Of a stretch of DNA of 64,000 nucleotides, positions 28,833-38,692 are shown in pieces (position 1 is the stretch's first letter; every line of letters begins with the position of its first letter). A program made the translations under genes and the position numbers. This stretch comes from Corallochytrium limacisporum Hawaii. Its lineage: Eukaryota; Protista; Pluriformea. Location of the stretch: the NCBI GenBank assembly GCA_002811645.1, contig PDIP01000032.1, positions 1 to 64,000 of the forward strand, given 5' to 3'. The notes under the pieces were generated by a model. The model worked only from the letters and a program-made list of their open reading frames with translations. It searched no databases and was not told the DNA's origin.

Positions 28833-30743
28833 ATGGGCAAGACACAGCACCGGGCGGAGCTGGACTCCAGTCTGGTCGACACCAGCGATGCTGGACAGTG
28901 GCAGAGTTTGAAACCGAAACCGCCTACAGAGCTACTGAAGCGGATCACGCAAGATCTCGGGTTTAGCGGGATGACCCCCATCCAGGCAGCAGCCATTCCC
29001 TTGCTGTTATCGCACAAGGACATTGCAGCACAAGCAGTAACTGGATCGGGGAAGACTTTAGCTTTTCTGGTGCCCTTAATTGTTATGGTTCAGAAAGCAA
29101 TGACAGCAGCAATCAGCGGTGGAAGCAAGGTGCAAAAGACTGCGGTCTTTGGCCTTGTGATCAGCCCAACCCGAGAGCTGGCCAAGCAGATCTACGACGT
29201 CTGCTGTCAGTTGCTGGGTCTGAACCCAAGTGATATAAAGTCTCGGCATCATGATAAGAAGACACCAACGGTCCAATTGTTTACCGGGGGTAAGGATTTC
29301 AAGGCCGCAGCCAAAGAATATTTCCAATACGGGGCTAATATTATGATTGCGACACCCGGCCGAGTGGAGCAGTTTGTAGACAACGTTCAAAATTTTGATG
29401 TCCGAAAGCTGGAAATTTTGGTTCTGGATGAGGCTGACCGATTGCTTGACCTCGGATTCGAAGCCTCCTTGAACACAGTACTCGAAAAATTGCCGAAGCA
29501 GAGACGTACAGGCCTCTTTAGCGCGACACAGACCGACGAGGTTGAGCAGTTGATACGCGCGGGACTGAGAAATCCGGTCAAGGTCACTGTCAAAATTCAG
29601 GGTAGCGCAGCAAAGGACGACAGCACAGGGGTGAACGACATTGTCGCGGAATCTAATGGTCAATCAGCAACACCAACGAATCTGGAAAACTACTACGTGT
29701 TGACCTCGGAGGAGAAGAAGCTGGCCTGCTTACTGGACATCTTGGAGCATCATAAGGAAGACAAAGTCCTAATCTTCTTCTGCACATGCGCGTCAGTGGA
29801 CTACTTCCTCAGGATTTTGCCAAAGTTGCTAAAGGTACGCGGTAAGGACAAGTACATTTACGGTATGCACAGCAAGATGGTCCAGAAGCGACGCAATCTT
29901 TCGTTCGATGCCTTCCGTGCTGCCACCGGTAAATGCATTTTGTTGTGCACCGATGTCGCTGCTCGTGGTATTGATATTGCAGACATTGGCTTAGTTGTGC
30001 AGTTTGACCCACCGCAGGATCCAGAATCATTCATTCATCGCAGTGGTCGCACTGCCCGGATAGGCCGCTCTGGTACGGCAATTGCCCTCATGCACAACCA
30101 CGAAGACACTTACGTAGATTTCATGAAGAACCGGAAGGTACCGCTAAGAGCCCTGCCGAAGAGCTACGGGTGTAGGCCGCGCGATATGTCTGAGGAATTG
30201 CGCGAGTTGGCCTTACAAGATCGGGATATCATGGACAAGGCAGTGCTGGCCTTTATTAGTTTCCTGCGCAGCTACAAAGAGCATCGCCTGTCCCTCATAT
30301 TCCGGATCAAAGATCTGAACGTGGGTAAGGCGGCGAACGCCTTCGGTCTACTGCGCTTGCCCAAGATGAAGGAGTTGCAAGGTCTGTCGACAAAGTCATT
30401 TGTGGGCGGACCGAAAGATCTTGACTTGGACAGTATTCCATACGCAAACGCAGAACGCGAGAAGAAGAGATTGGCAGAGAGAAACGCGGAAGCTAAGAAG
30501 AACCAGAAGAAGGAGCACCAGAAGAGCCGGAAACGAAAGGCCGAAGCGACCGCTTGGTCCAAAAAGAAAAGCAGGCGTCAGCAAGAGAAAGAGCGCCAGC
30601 AAATGGAGGTCGAGAGAGCTGCCTTTGAGGCCAAGGAAAGTGAAGATTTTGCCACTCTTGCCCGTGAGGCTGCCCTGGTGAAGAAGCTGAAAGCAGGGAA
30701 GATAACCCAGGCGGAGTTTGACAGACGTATGGGGGACTTGTGA
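28833..30743 (+). CDS. SPB4: DEAD-box rRNA helicase DDX55/Spb4
   Basis: Q motif, AVTGSGKT, PTRELA, DEAD, 'LPKQRRTGLFSATQ', 'FDPPQDP..FIHRSGRTAR', C-terminal 'GLLRLPKMKEL'. Confidence 0.93.
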   Translation: MGKTQHRAELDSSLVDTSDAGQWQSLKPKPPTELLKRITQDLGFSGMTPIQAAAIPLLLSHKDIAAQAVTGSGKTLAFLVPLIVMVQKAMTAAISGGSKVQKTAVFGLVISPTRELAKQIYDVCCQLLGLNPSDIKSRHHDKKTPTVQLFTGGKDFKAAAKEYFQYGANIMIATPGRVEQFVDNVQNFDVRKLEILVLDEADRLLDLGFEASLNTVLEKLPKQRRTGLFSATQTDEVEQLIRAGLRNPVKVTVKIQGSAAKDDSTGVNDIVAESNGQSATPTNLENYYVLTSEEKKLACLLDILEHHKEDKVLIFFCTCASVDYFLRILPKLLKVRGKDKYIYGMHSKMVQKRRNLSFDAFRAATGKCILLCTDVAARGIDIADIGLVVQFDPPQDPESFIHRSGRTARIGRSGTAIALMHNHEDTYVDFMKNRKVPLRALPKSYGCRPRDMSEELRELALQDRDIMDKAVLAFISFLRSYKEHRLSLIFRIKDLNVGKAANAFGLLRLPKMKELQGLSTKSFVGGPKDLDLDSIPYANAEREKKRLAERNAEAKKNQKKEHQKSRKRKAEATAWSKKKSRRQQEKERQQMEVERAAFEAKESEDFATLAREAALVKKLKAGKITQAEFDRRMGDL

Positions 30744-31815
30744 ACGAGCAAGCAGTCAACGAAGACTGAGGGCGCACAATCGCGCCTACCAAACATCTTA
30801 GGATATAGGACAATACCTTCTCACGAGAGCGTCAAGCTGTCATCAAAACACTATCCGGCATGAGCAACACAGATTAAAATGCATCCCGCAACGTATCAGG
30901 TGCAAGAGTGCGGTCCCCGTTCTCAGTACATTTTATATGGGCCAATCCCAAATAAACAGTTTCCCGCCACCCCTATACATGCAGGTGCGGAACCATAGCC
31001 TGCAGGCTCTGATTGGCTGAGGACTGTACAGAAGTACTTAAATCAGCAAAAAAATACTTCCCAAGTCTCCCCGCCCCTCCTGGAGCAGTCGATGGACAAT
31101 GTAAAAGGACCGGTACATTAAGTACCGAAAGAGGACGGCCATAGTCGAAACCACCTCTCCCCGTGCGCTACTGCATCAAACCGGCGTCCCCCCAGCGTCA
31201 CTGCTGCTTGCTCCGCCGTGTCTGGTGCCAACCAATCTCCTCCGCATCCTCGTAAACATTCGGTGAGCGGCCGTAGCGCATCGCAAAAGCGGCATGAAAC
31301 CTGAGGTCCAAGCGATGCAAGAAGTCCCTCCATATGAGGAAAAGGGATGCGCACGAAAGTCCAGTGACGCTTGAGCCGGCTGGGCGTCCCTGGTGCTCCC
31401 GTGGCAGTGTGCAATATATCCCGCCGCTGCTATGTTCGTTAGCAACGGAGGGGCAGTGGGATGGGCGAGGTGGGGAGGGGGGGAAAGGGGGCAACGAGTG
31501 CGACGTTGGCACGTGCAAAGTGCACACAGTGTTTCGTAGGCTCTCAAGAGATTCCGTAGACACACCTGTAAATGAACAATTTAGCTGCCTAAATAAACTT
31601 TGTTTTTATACATATAATTTACAAAATACAGTCCATCTATGATATATCATTTGGTATTTAAATGATACCATGGAGAATACTTGGAAACAGCGACTTTGCA
31701 TCTTATGAAGACAAAGAAACCCTCCGTTGATTGGGACAATCAATATGTGTTAAAGAAAAAAGAAAAGCAAGCACAGTTAGATTTAGAGTAATCTGTTGAA
31801 TGACATAACAAAGCA

Positions 31816-33825
31816 ATGGCACGGGACTCAGTTCTAAGGGGTTTCCCGCTGGTCAGAGGGGGCCCGGCAAAGGATTCCGGGCAAACTACTGAGGGTGCGG
31901 GCGGAACAGAAAAGAAGAGATCGAGATGGCCATCTCCGAGCAGGATCCTGCGTCTGTCTTCCGCAAGTACACCCTCACCCATGAAGACTGTTAAGGAAGA
32001 GAAAAAGGCAGACACTACTGAAGGGCCTAGGAAGCCTCGTTGGCCGTCTCCCAGACGGGTGATTGTAGCGAGCACTTCAAAATTGCGCAGTGGTAGCGAA
32101 TCACCAAAACCGAAGAGTACGGTGGGCTCACGGTCATATGGTAACATCCTTCACACGGCTACACTGAGCAAAAAGGATAAAATGCGCATCGTCAGCAGCG
32201 AATCTAGTCTCAAACCCAGGTCGAATATTGACGTGCAAGAGCGACTCACCCTCAAGCGTGAAGAAGTGAGCGTGACCAGCGTGCTCAGTGGTATGATAGA
32301 CGAAGGGTACTTGACCATGCCAGCTAGCACCCGTGTATCTAGCTCCGCCAAAGAAGGCGAAGCCAAGGCAGACGACAACAATGATCTGCAGGACCAGACC
32401 ATAGTTATGTCAGGTTTTGGTGACAGTGGCCAGTCATCAAAGTTTAGCAGCTTCCAGTCGTCAAAGTATGGAAGTGTGGCCCGCATGCTGCGCGACAGGT
32501 TCGGTAGCACCACAAACGGTGCAGTGGGTGACGTGAACAGTGAGAAAATGGACGCAATTTCGCAGATGATAAAGAGCGCCGACCTGAAGACACTGATTGT
32601 TGTTCACAACCGTAATGTTACTGTCATTAAGGAGAGTCTCCAGCGGGCACTGGCGAATGCGGAACGGATTCCCTCGTGGGCTCAAGGCCTCGAGAGCGAG
32701 AACCCCGAGGGTTCTGTCGGCAACAACGGCACAAGCTTTGCAGATGCACTGGACCTGGTGTATGAACATCTGTTTGAGCGGTGTCCAGAGTCTGTAATCC
32801 TGTTGCGGGACAACACAATGGCGCAGACGTCGACCTTTACTTCCACCATGAAGGCCTTAACGGAACCCATTGGTGATCTGGACGACTATATGGGCTACAT
32901 CCGCAAAGTTGCATACAAGCACGTGCAACTTGGCATGACCGCTCGCGCTGTGCAGGCTTTTGGTCAGTCTGTGCTACACATGATCCGCCATCGTTTGCAA
33001 AACGAATGGGACGTTAGCCTGGAGGCTGCCTGGAGCACCTCTGTGACTCTCTTCGTCGAAATGACGCGTTCCATGCATACCGTGCGTCGCAACCGCAGCC
33101 GACGCCTGGAGATGCCAGAATGGGTAGAGGATCGCTTTGCAGACTTTGGCGAAATCCTCGCAGAGTCGTGGCGTCCGATTGAAGCGGATATCCAAACCGG
33201 TGCCGCCCGCAACGCCGCACAGCAACTCATCGACCAACGCTGCCCCGGCATCACAGACTGGTTCTATCATTTTAATGCGGGTAATGTAGGCGATGTAATC
33301 ATTCAAATGGGCTCCATGACCGTGCAGGCCATGCAAAAGGTCGATCCACATTTCACAGGTCTGGTCAAGGCTGGGCAGCGCCTTATGGAGCGCGAGGTGC
33401 CACTGGTAATGATGCCGGCCCTGGGGGAGGCACTTCGGGACCTCGTCATTCTCTATAACGAAGTCGAATATGAGAATAATTATATGGCAGAAGCAGTGGA
33501 ATTAGGCTCTGCGACCACCCTCAGCGCGGACGTGCAGGACCAGATAAATGCGCTCGACAACGACTGGCAGGCATGTGTGAGTCTGCTGGAAAACGTTCTC
33601 GCGGAAGTGCAGGAGTTCTCAAGTGGACCTACCAGGACGGCTCGCTCGTCGTCTAACGGTGACGCAATGACAGTGTCGTTCGGCAACGGGTCTGGAAAAC
33701 TTCCCGTCCCGACTAGTTACGGCGTGACTTCCACACAGATTCTTCGCGACAACTCAGGAAATCGTCGACGTGCGAACAGTTCTGTGCCCGAAAGTCCGGA
33801 AAAGAATGTTTGCCGCCAAATGTAG
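31816..33825 (+). CDS. Tandem globin-domain protein (one canonical, one degenerate) with disordered N-terminus and CaaX-like end
   Basis: Globin 1: 'VYEHLFERCPE..MAQ..KVAYKHVQLGMT..FGQSVL..EAAW'. Second repeat 'LAESW..RCPG..GQRLMERE..LGEAL..DW' lacks His. Ends CRQM. Confidence 0.75.
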   Translation: MARDSVLRGFPLVRGGPAKDSGQTTEGAGGTEKKRSRWPSPSRILRLSSASTPSPMKTVKEEKKADTTEGPRKPRWPSPRRVIVASTSKLRSGSESPKPKSTVGSRSYGNILHTATLSKKDKMRIVSSESSLKPRSNIDVQERLTLKREEVSVTSVLSGMIDEGYLTMPASTRVSSSAKEGEAKADDNNDLQDQTIVMSGFGDSGQSSKFSSFQSSKYGSVARMLRDRFGSTTNGAVGDVNSEKMDAISQMIKSADLKTLIVVHNRNVTVIKESLQRALANAERIPSWAQGLESENPEGSVGNNGTSFADALDLVYEHLFERCPESVILLRDNTMAQTSTFTSTMKALTEPIGDLDDYMGYIRKVAYKHVQLGMTARAVQAFGQSVLHMIRHRLQNEWDVSLEAAWSTSVTLFVEMTRSMHTVRRNRSRRLEMPEWVEDRFADFGEILAESWRPIEADIQTGAARNAAQQLIDQRCPGITDWFYHFNAGNVGDVIIQMGSMTVQAMQKVDPHFTGLVKAGQRLMEREVPLVMMPALGEALRDLVILYNEVEYENNYMAEAVELGSATTLSADVQDQINALDNDWQACVSLLENVLAEVQEFSSGPTRTARSSSNGDAMTVSFGNGSGKLPVPTSYGVTSTQILRDNSGNRRRANSSVPESPEKNVCRQM

Positions 33826-34268
33826 ATATCTCTCCTCAGCTTATATACTTAAACACATCAATCCATTGAACTACCTTAAACTGAATAGCTTGCAAGTGTT
33901 GTAAAGGAAGAAAGTCGAAACTCGGGCCAAAGTTGCACCCAATTTCCAACACCCTTCGAGCACGAAGAAATAGAGCGGAAATTAGGCCCCCAAAATTCCT
34001 GCGGTGCTCGCCCTCTCTTTGCGTGTTTGTTGGTCCGGGCGCAAGGGTCCAAGGACAAACTAGCCAGTTGTGCAGGTCCTTTGGACTCGCCTCTGACCAG
34101 TTCATGGTTTTCACAGCATGCTGGGCCATTCTGTGTGGATCACATTCAAATTGTGAATGGCAAGAAGAACGCGTAGCCATCGGACAGATGTCTTGGTCAA
34201 AAGTCAGGGCTCAGGGGGGTTACGCAACAATGTGTTAGGGAACTCACGTATTGAAATCTTATGGGACA

Positions 34269-35900
34269 ATGGGACGGATAACCATAACTGCAAACACCCT
34301 TTCCGGGCGTGGAATGGATATCATCACGTCAATTCTGACGGTCACAGCCTTGTACCTTCTGTTTACTATTTCATTTGAAGATGAGGCCGCTCATCCCACC
34401 TCAAGAGCCGTCGGTGTGAACGGCCGTTACTTTTGGGATCTGTTGAGAAGGGACGGTGATACACCACGCCTGGCGTACCATATCGAATGCGACGGAGATC
34501 ACATCAGCCATCTTGCTGAACTCATGCGTGATATTTACAGTAAGCAAAACTTCTACACTTGGCACTTTCCGGAGTCAGACAAAACGACAGCCAGTATGGA
34601 CAGAATCACCGAGCTTCAGAACACCATCAATCAGTATGCAGAAGACGCTGGCTTTGCGGGCAATATTGTAATCCTCTCACCTTCAGCCACGGGTAAGGGC
34701 AGCGTTACGGAAGTGCTAAACCAATTGCGTGGACTGCAGAACGCGGTGGTCCGCCCATCAAACCTGCGCTACGATGCTTTCGAAAACGTTGGTTTCGGCG
34801 AGCCTTTGACGGAAGCGGATGTCAAACGACGGCAGCAGTCGCCACGGGACTACGGCGCCCCACAGCAGACCCGTGCAAAACCAGTGGAGTGGGACTATTG
34901 GATGAATCTGTACTGCACTGACGTTCCACTGCTGAGACAGTCTAGACTACGGGGCATGCTGCGGAAGGTTACCTCAGGCACACGGACGGTACCGGCTGCC
35001 AGTGGCGGCTACATAGACGAGATGCCCATGACACGCGATCTGAACATAATTGACTACAATCTGGTGTCCGAGGAAACACTTTTGAAATGGCGCAAACCCT
35101 CAGTCGATCCGGCGCTGGCCGGCGTGCCGGACGCCAGGTTCGTCACAGCAAATCCAGATACAACACAATGCCAGGTATGGCCGGATCCGTCGTTCCCACT
35201 CTTCGAAGGCAGTCCCCAAGTCCTACTGAGCCGCAGCCTGGGCAGCTGGATCGTAGAGAGTATGGCTGTCCGACGCTTGTTGCAGAGCGTAGCTCATGTC
35301 TACGACAGCAAGCGGCTCTTCTGGGCCACGTTGGCAGCCAATGTTTTACCTGAAGAGATGGCCCACACCCAGGAGGCGCTGCAGGAGCATTTCCTTGACC
35401 GACTGGTGGCCAAGCACCGCTCTGCACTATTTGATTCTAATCCTTCTCTCAGTTCAGATGAAATTTACTCCCAGGCGGTGGCTCTTGCCACTCCTGAAGC
35501 GACCAAGCTTGCGGATGAAGAAATGGTCTCGGTTCGACCACTGCTCTTGCGTCTCGCTCATGGACCAGTGGCTCCAGGGCCGTTCCCCAGACCATCTACG
35601 GGCAGCTGGCTCAGTGGTCTCCTGAGACAGACCGCACATTGCCCGTACCTCTTCGCCGCGGATGTCACGGACCCGTTGCTCCGGAAAGAAGTGAAGGAGT
35701 CCGTTCTGAACCGCGAGTGGGATAGATATCAGGAATATGCCCGGTGGGTCTATGCATGGTACGACGACGTAATCACGTCGACACTACGTACACAGGTCAC
35801 CGGCCAGAAGGGCGATGGCACCGGTGTGGAAGAGCCGATGCGTGTCAATGGAGGCGGTGTGAACCTGTCGGGAAAGCCATTACCCAAATTCAAAGTGTGA
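34269..35900 (+). CDS. Divergent GT14 (core-2/I-branching/xylosyltransferase)-like type II membrane protein
   Basis: N-terminal TM anchor; 'RLAYHI', 'IYSKQNFYTWH', 'WDYWMNLYCTDVPL', 'GSPQVLLSRS' resemble GT14 motifs. Confidence 0.65.
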   Translation: MGRITITANTLSGRGMDIITSILTVTALYLLFTISFEDEAAHPTSRAVGVNGRYFWDLLRRDGDTPRLAYHIECDGDHISHLAELMRDIYSKQNFYTWHFPESDKTTASMDRITELQNTINQYAEDAGFAGNIVILSPSATGKGSVTEVLNQLRGLQNAVVRPSNLRYDAFENVGFGEPLTEADVKRRQQSPRDYGAPQQTRAKPVEWDYWMNLYCTDVPLLRQSRLRGMLRKVTSGTRTVPAASGGYIDEMPMTRDLNIIDYNLVSEETLLKWRKPSVDPALAGVPDARFVTANPDTTQCQVWPDPSFPLFEGSPQVLLSRSLGSWIVESMAVRRLLQSVAHVYDSKRLFWATLAANVLPEEMAHTQEALQEHFLDRLVAKHRSALFDSNPSLSSDEIYSQAVALATPEATKLADEEMVSVRPLLLRLAHGPVAPGPFPRPSTGSWLSGLLRQTAHCPYLFAADVTDPLLRKEVKESVLNREWDRYQEYARWVYAWYDDVITSTLRTQVTGQKGDGTGVEEPMRVNGGGVNLSGKPLPKFKV

Positions 35901-36038
35901 CTTTAAGCATATCTTCACCCAAACAGACAACATGTACGGATATATTGTAGCTTCAATAGATGAAGCGTTGCTAGAAGTTTACGATGTTCACAATGTGGAT
36001 GATAAATTTGACGGTATACATGTATGCTGTAGAGCTTT

Positions 36039-37187
36039 TCAGTCCTTTTCAGGGAATCGTAACTCAACTACGCGCAAGACACCGAATCCATAGTCCCGCT
36101 CGTCCTCGTCGTCTTCTGATTCAACCCCGAGTACAGTCTGCAGTTTGAAAGCTGCAATCAGGCGAAGCTCCGCGCCATACTCGTCCCTCGCCTTGCGGAA
36201 GAAGTCCCGATGGGTATGATTGCGCATTCTGTTTGCGTAGCTCACGATGCCAACGCCCGTGGACCCGATTAAACGGCGGCAGGTTTGCAAGAGGATGTCG
36301 TGGTGCCTGGGCTCCCAGAAACAGTCGGCCATGAGGCAGACATCGAATTTGATCGGGCCACGACGTACCCGCGCGGTCTGCTGCGCTTGGTGGTGATCCT
36401 TGAATTCTGCAGATGATCGCACCGCAGTTAGTACAGTTAATGCGTGGAATGCATCTGATGGTTGGCTCCAGTCCAACCCTGTGACGACATTGATCGATGA
36501 TGACGACGATTGTTCTTCCTTCTTTACCCCTCCATTCTGTTGGCCCCCAACCTGTTGCTGAGGCTTGTGGTAGCTGTTATCGTGTGCGTAGAGTCCATTG
36601 CGGATGAAATTCTGCCGAAGATTATCCTGGATCAACTTGTCAGGATAATCTGTGGTGACCACTACAGCAGCTCCGCTGTGGGCAGCGGCCAGCGACGGGA
36701 GGCCGGCGCCGGCGCCGAGTTCGACCACCGACCGATTTCTCAGATCCAGGGGGCTTTCGTAACCAGTACCAACCTTCGACTCTGTGCCCAACACTTGCTC
36801 CGCTAGGGCAACCGCACCGGTCCAGACGTATTCCGCAAACAACCGACGCTGTCCGTCGCCCGGAGTATTGGAGAGATCGAAGGCGACGTCCTTCTTTGCC
36901 GCAGATTGGAAGCGAACACTGCCTCCAGCATCCCCAAAGGCAAAGGTTGGCTCTCCAAAGACAGCACTAACGCCTACAAAGTTTGATCCGTCAGTTTCAC
37001 CCGCTTCATTCGCGACCTTGGACTCGTCAGTTCCGCTCACTTTAACCTCTTCCACTAAATCGTCCGCCCGGAACGGCTCCAAGTGGTCATTGCTGAATAG
37101 GGCATTGAACTCTTGGTCAAGAGGTGCTGCTCCCATTTTGGCGTACTCTTCTTTCTTCTTATCGGTTCCTGCACTTGTTCCGATCAT
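36039..37187 (-). CDS. Seven-beta-strand protein methyltransferase, Efm7/Nnt1 (Methyltransf_16)-like
   Basis: 'LFAEYVWTGAVALAE', 'VVELGAGAGLPSL', 'VVTTDYPD', 'LMADCFW'. Confidence 0.85.
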   Translation of the reverse strand: MIGTSAGTDKKKEEYAKMGAAPLDQEFNALFSNDHLEPFRADDLVEEVKVSGTDESKVANEAGETDGSNFVGVSAVFGEPTFAFGDAGGSVRFQSAAKKDVAFDLSNTPGDGQRRLFAEYVWTGAVALAEQVLGTESKVGTGYESPLDLRNRSVVELGAGAGLPSLAAAHSGAAVVVTTDYPDKLIQDNLRQNFIRNGLYAHDNSYHKPQQQVGGQQNGGVKKEEQSSSSSINVVTGLDWSQPSDAFHALTVLTAVRSSAEFKDHHQAQQTARVRRGPIKFDVCLMADCFWEPRHHDILLQTCRRLIGSTGVGIVSYANRMRNHTHRDFFRKARDEYGAELRLIAAFKLQTVLGVESEDDEDERDYGFGVLRVVELRFPEKD

Positions 37188-37189
37188 AT

Positions 37190-37261
37190 CTGTGTCTCAG
37201 ATAACTGAGGTCTGCTTTCTTTAACTCTCTTAGGGATTGCTAATTATTCCATTGTACATAC
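37190..37261 (-). other. Candidate 5'UTR intron of the methyltransferase gene
   Basis: GTATGT donor at 37261, AT-rich body; possible CAG acceptors at 37212, 37205 or 37190. Confidence 0.45.
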
Positions 37262-37744
37262 TTCAAGGCACAGTTCGCAGCAAGATTTGTTCCCCTGTCA
37301 CTCTCAAACACCACGTCCCACATCATCCTACATTCAACAGAATCGGTAGTAGCACGTATCTGTATTGCTTTGCTTTGTCAAATTGATGTGTTCCTACAGC
37401 TCCTCGGTCGCATCCAAAAACACACGTACACAAACACACCATCGCTGTTGCCGTCCGTGTGTATCGCGTGCGTGTCGTAGGTTTTCACGTTCTCGCTCGC
37501 AATTGTGCAGGGGGGGTTGGTGGATCCCATGCAATTTTTTTTTCTGTGTGCTTGCGTACCCAACGGAAAGGGGAAAAAATTGGAGTAGGATTGGGTAGGT
37601 AGTGACCCACCACCAATCTCCCTCCCCCCTTCCCTTCCCCACAAAAGGCCGGCCGATAGCCACGCACGGCAAAACTCTCCTCCTCCATCTCTCCCCCCTC
37701 CCCCCCCCTTCCCCTCCCCAAACCCTGGCCTTTCTCGCTCTCTC

Positions 37745-37990
37745 TACTGGCCCTTGTCCGCGCGCACACCCCAAACGCAACAAGACAAAAAAAAACTCGA
37801 AAACCACGGGGTTCGTGGGAAGAAAAAAAAAACAGAGGAGGAAAGGGGGAGGCGAGAATATACCCGCACGTCCCCTCCTTCCCCCCTCTTTCTTGGGCAG
37901 CCACTTACGCAGAAACGCACGAACCCCGTGGTTTTCGAGTTTTTTTTTGTCTTGTTGCGTTTGGGGTGTGCGCGCGGACAAGGGCCAGTA
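37745..37990. repeat. Perfect 73-bp inverted repeat (37745-37817 / 37918-37990) abutting an N gap
   Basis: Arms are exact reverse complements with a 100-bp spacer; right arm ends at the gap start (37991). Confidence 0.9.
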
Positions 37991-38692
37991 NNNNNNNNNN
38001 NNNNNNNNNNNNNNNNNNNNNNNNNNNNNNNNNNNNNNNNNNNNNNNNNNNNNNNNNNNNNNNNNNNNNNNNNNNNNNNNNNNNNNNNNCCCTGCCCTCC
38101 CCACCAATTTTTTCCCGTCCCGCCTTCGTTCCCCTTTCCTCGCCATCCTGCACGGCCCGAAAGAGCCCAAATAAAAAAAAGGAGGGGAAGCACGCAGGCT
38201 CAGGAAATCCGGAAAAAAAAGGGAGAAAGTGAAAAAAAAGAGAGAGAGAGAGAAAGAAAAAGAGAAAATAAAAGGGGGCGGTAGGGGGCTCTCTCCGCCA
38301 AGTCTCGCACCACCGACGCTTTCCACATGCACCCAACCCCCCCTCGGGGGGGGGGTCCCGCACTGACTGCAGCAGGCCCCCCGAAAGGAGGCCCCGGGGG
38401 GGGGGGGGGGGGGGGTTTTTTTTTTTTTTTTTTTTTTNNNNNNNNNNNNNNNNNNNNNNNNNNNNNNNNNNNNNNNNNNNNNNNNNNNNNNNNNNNNNNN
38501 NNNNNNNNNNNNNNNNNGGGGGGGGAGTGGCTATTCTTTTTTTTCCTTTTTCATTGGCGGTGGAGAGATGGGTCAGTCAGCGGGGCACCCCCCGCGCGAG
38601 GGAGAAGGGGAGACCGGGCTTGAGAGACAATGGCTACGGTAAGGCTGTTTTTGTTCATTCTGGATGTTCACATCAATGCGATGCCATCCCCT

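Noticed and set aside
37394-38623. Low-complexity ORFs in intergenic cores (also 11752-12944, 19085-20800, 43271-45781, 54764-55329)
   Set aside because: Products of homopolymer or microsatellite sequence and N gaps; no coding signature.
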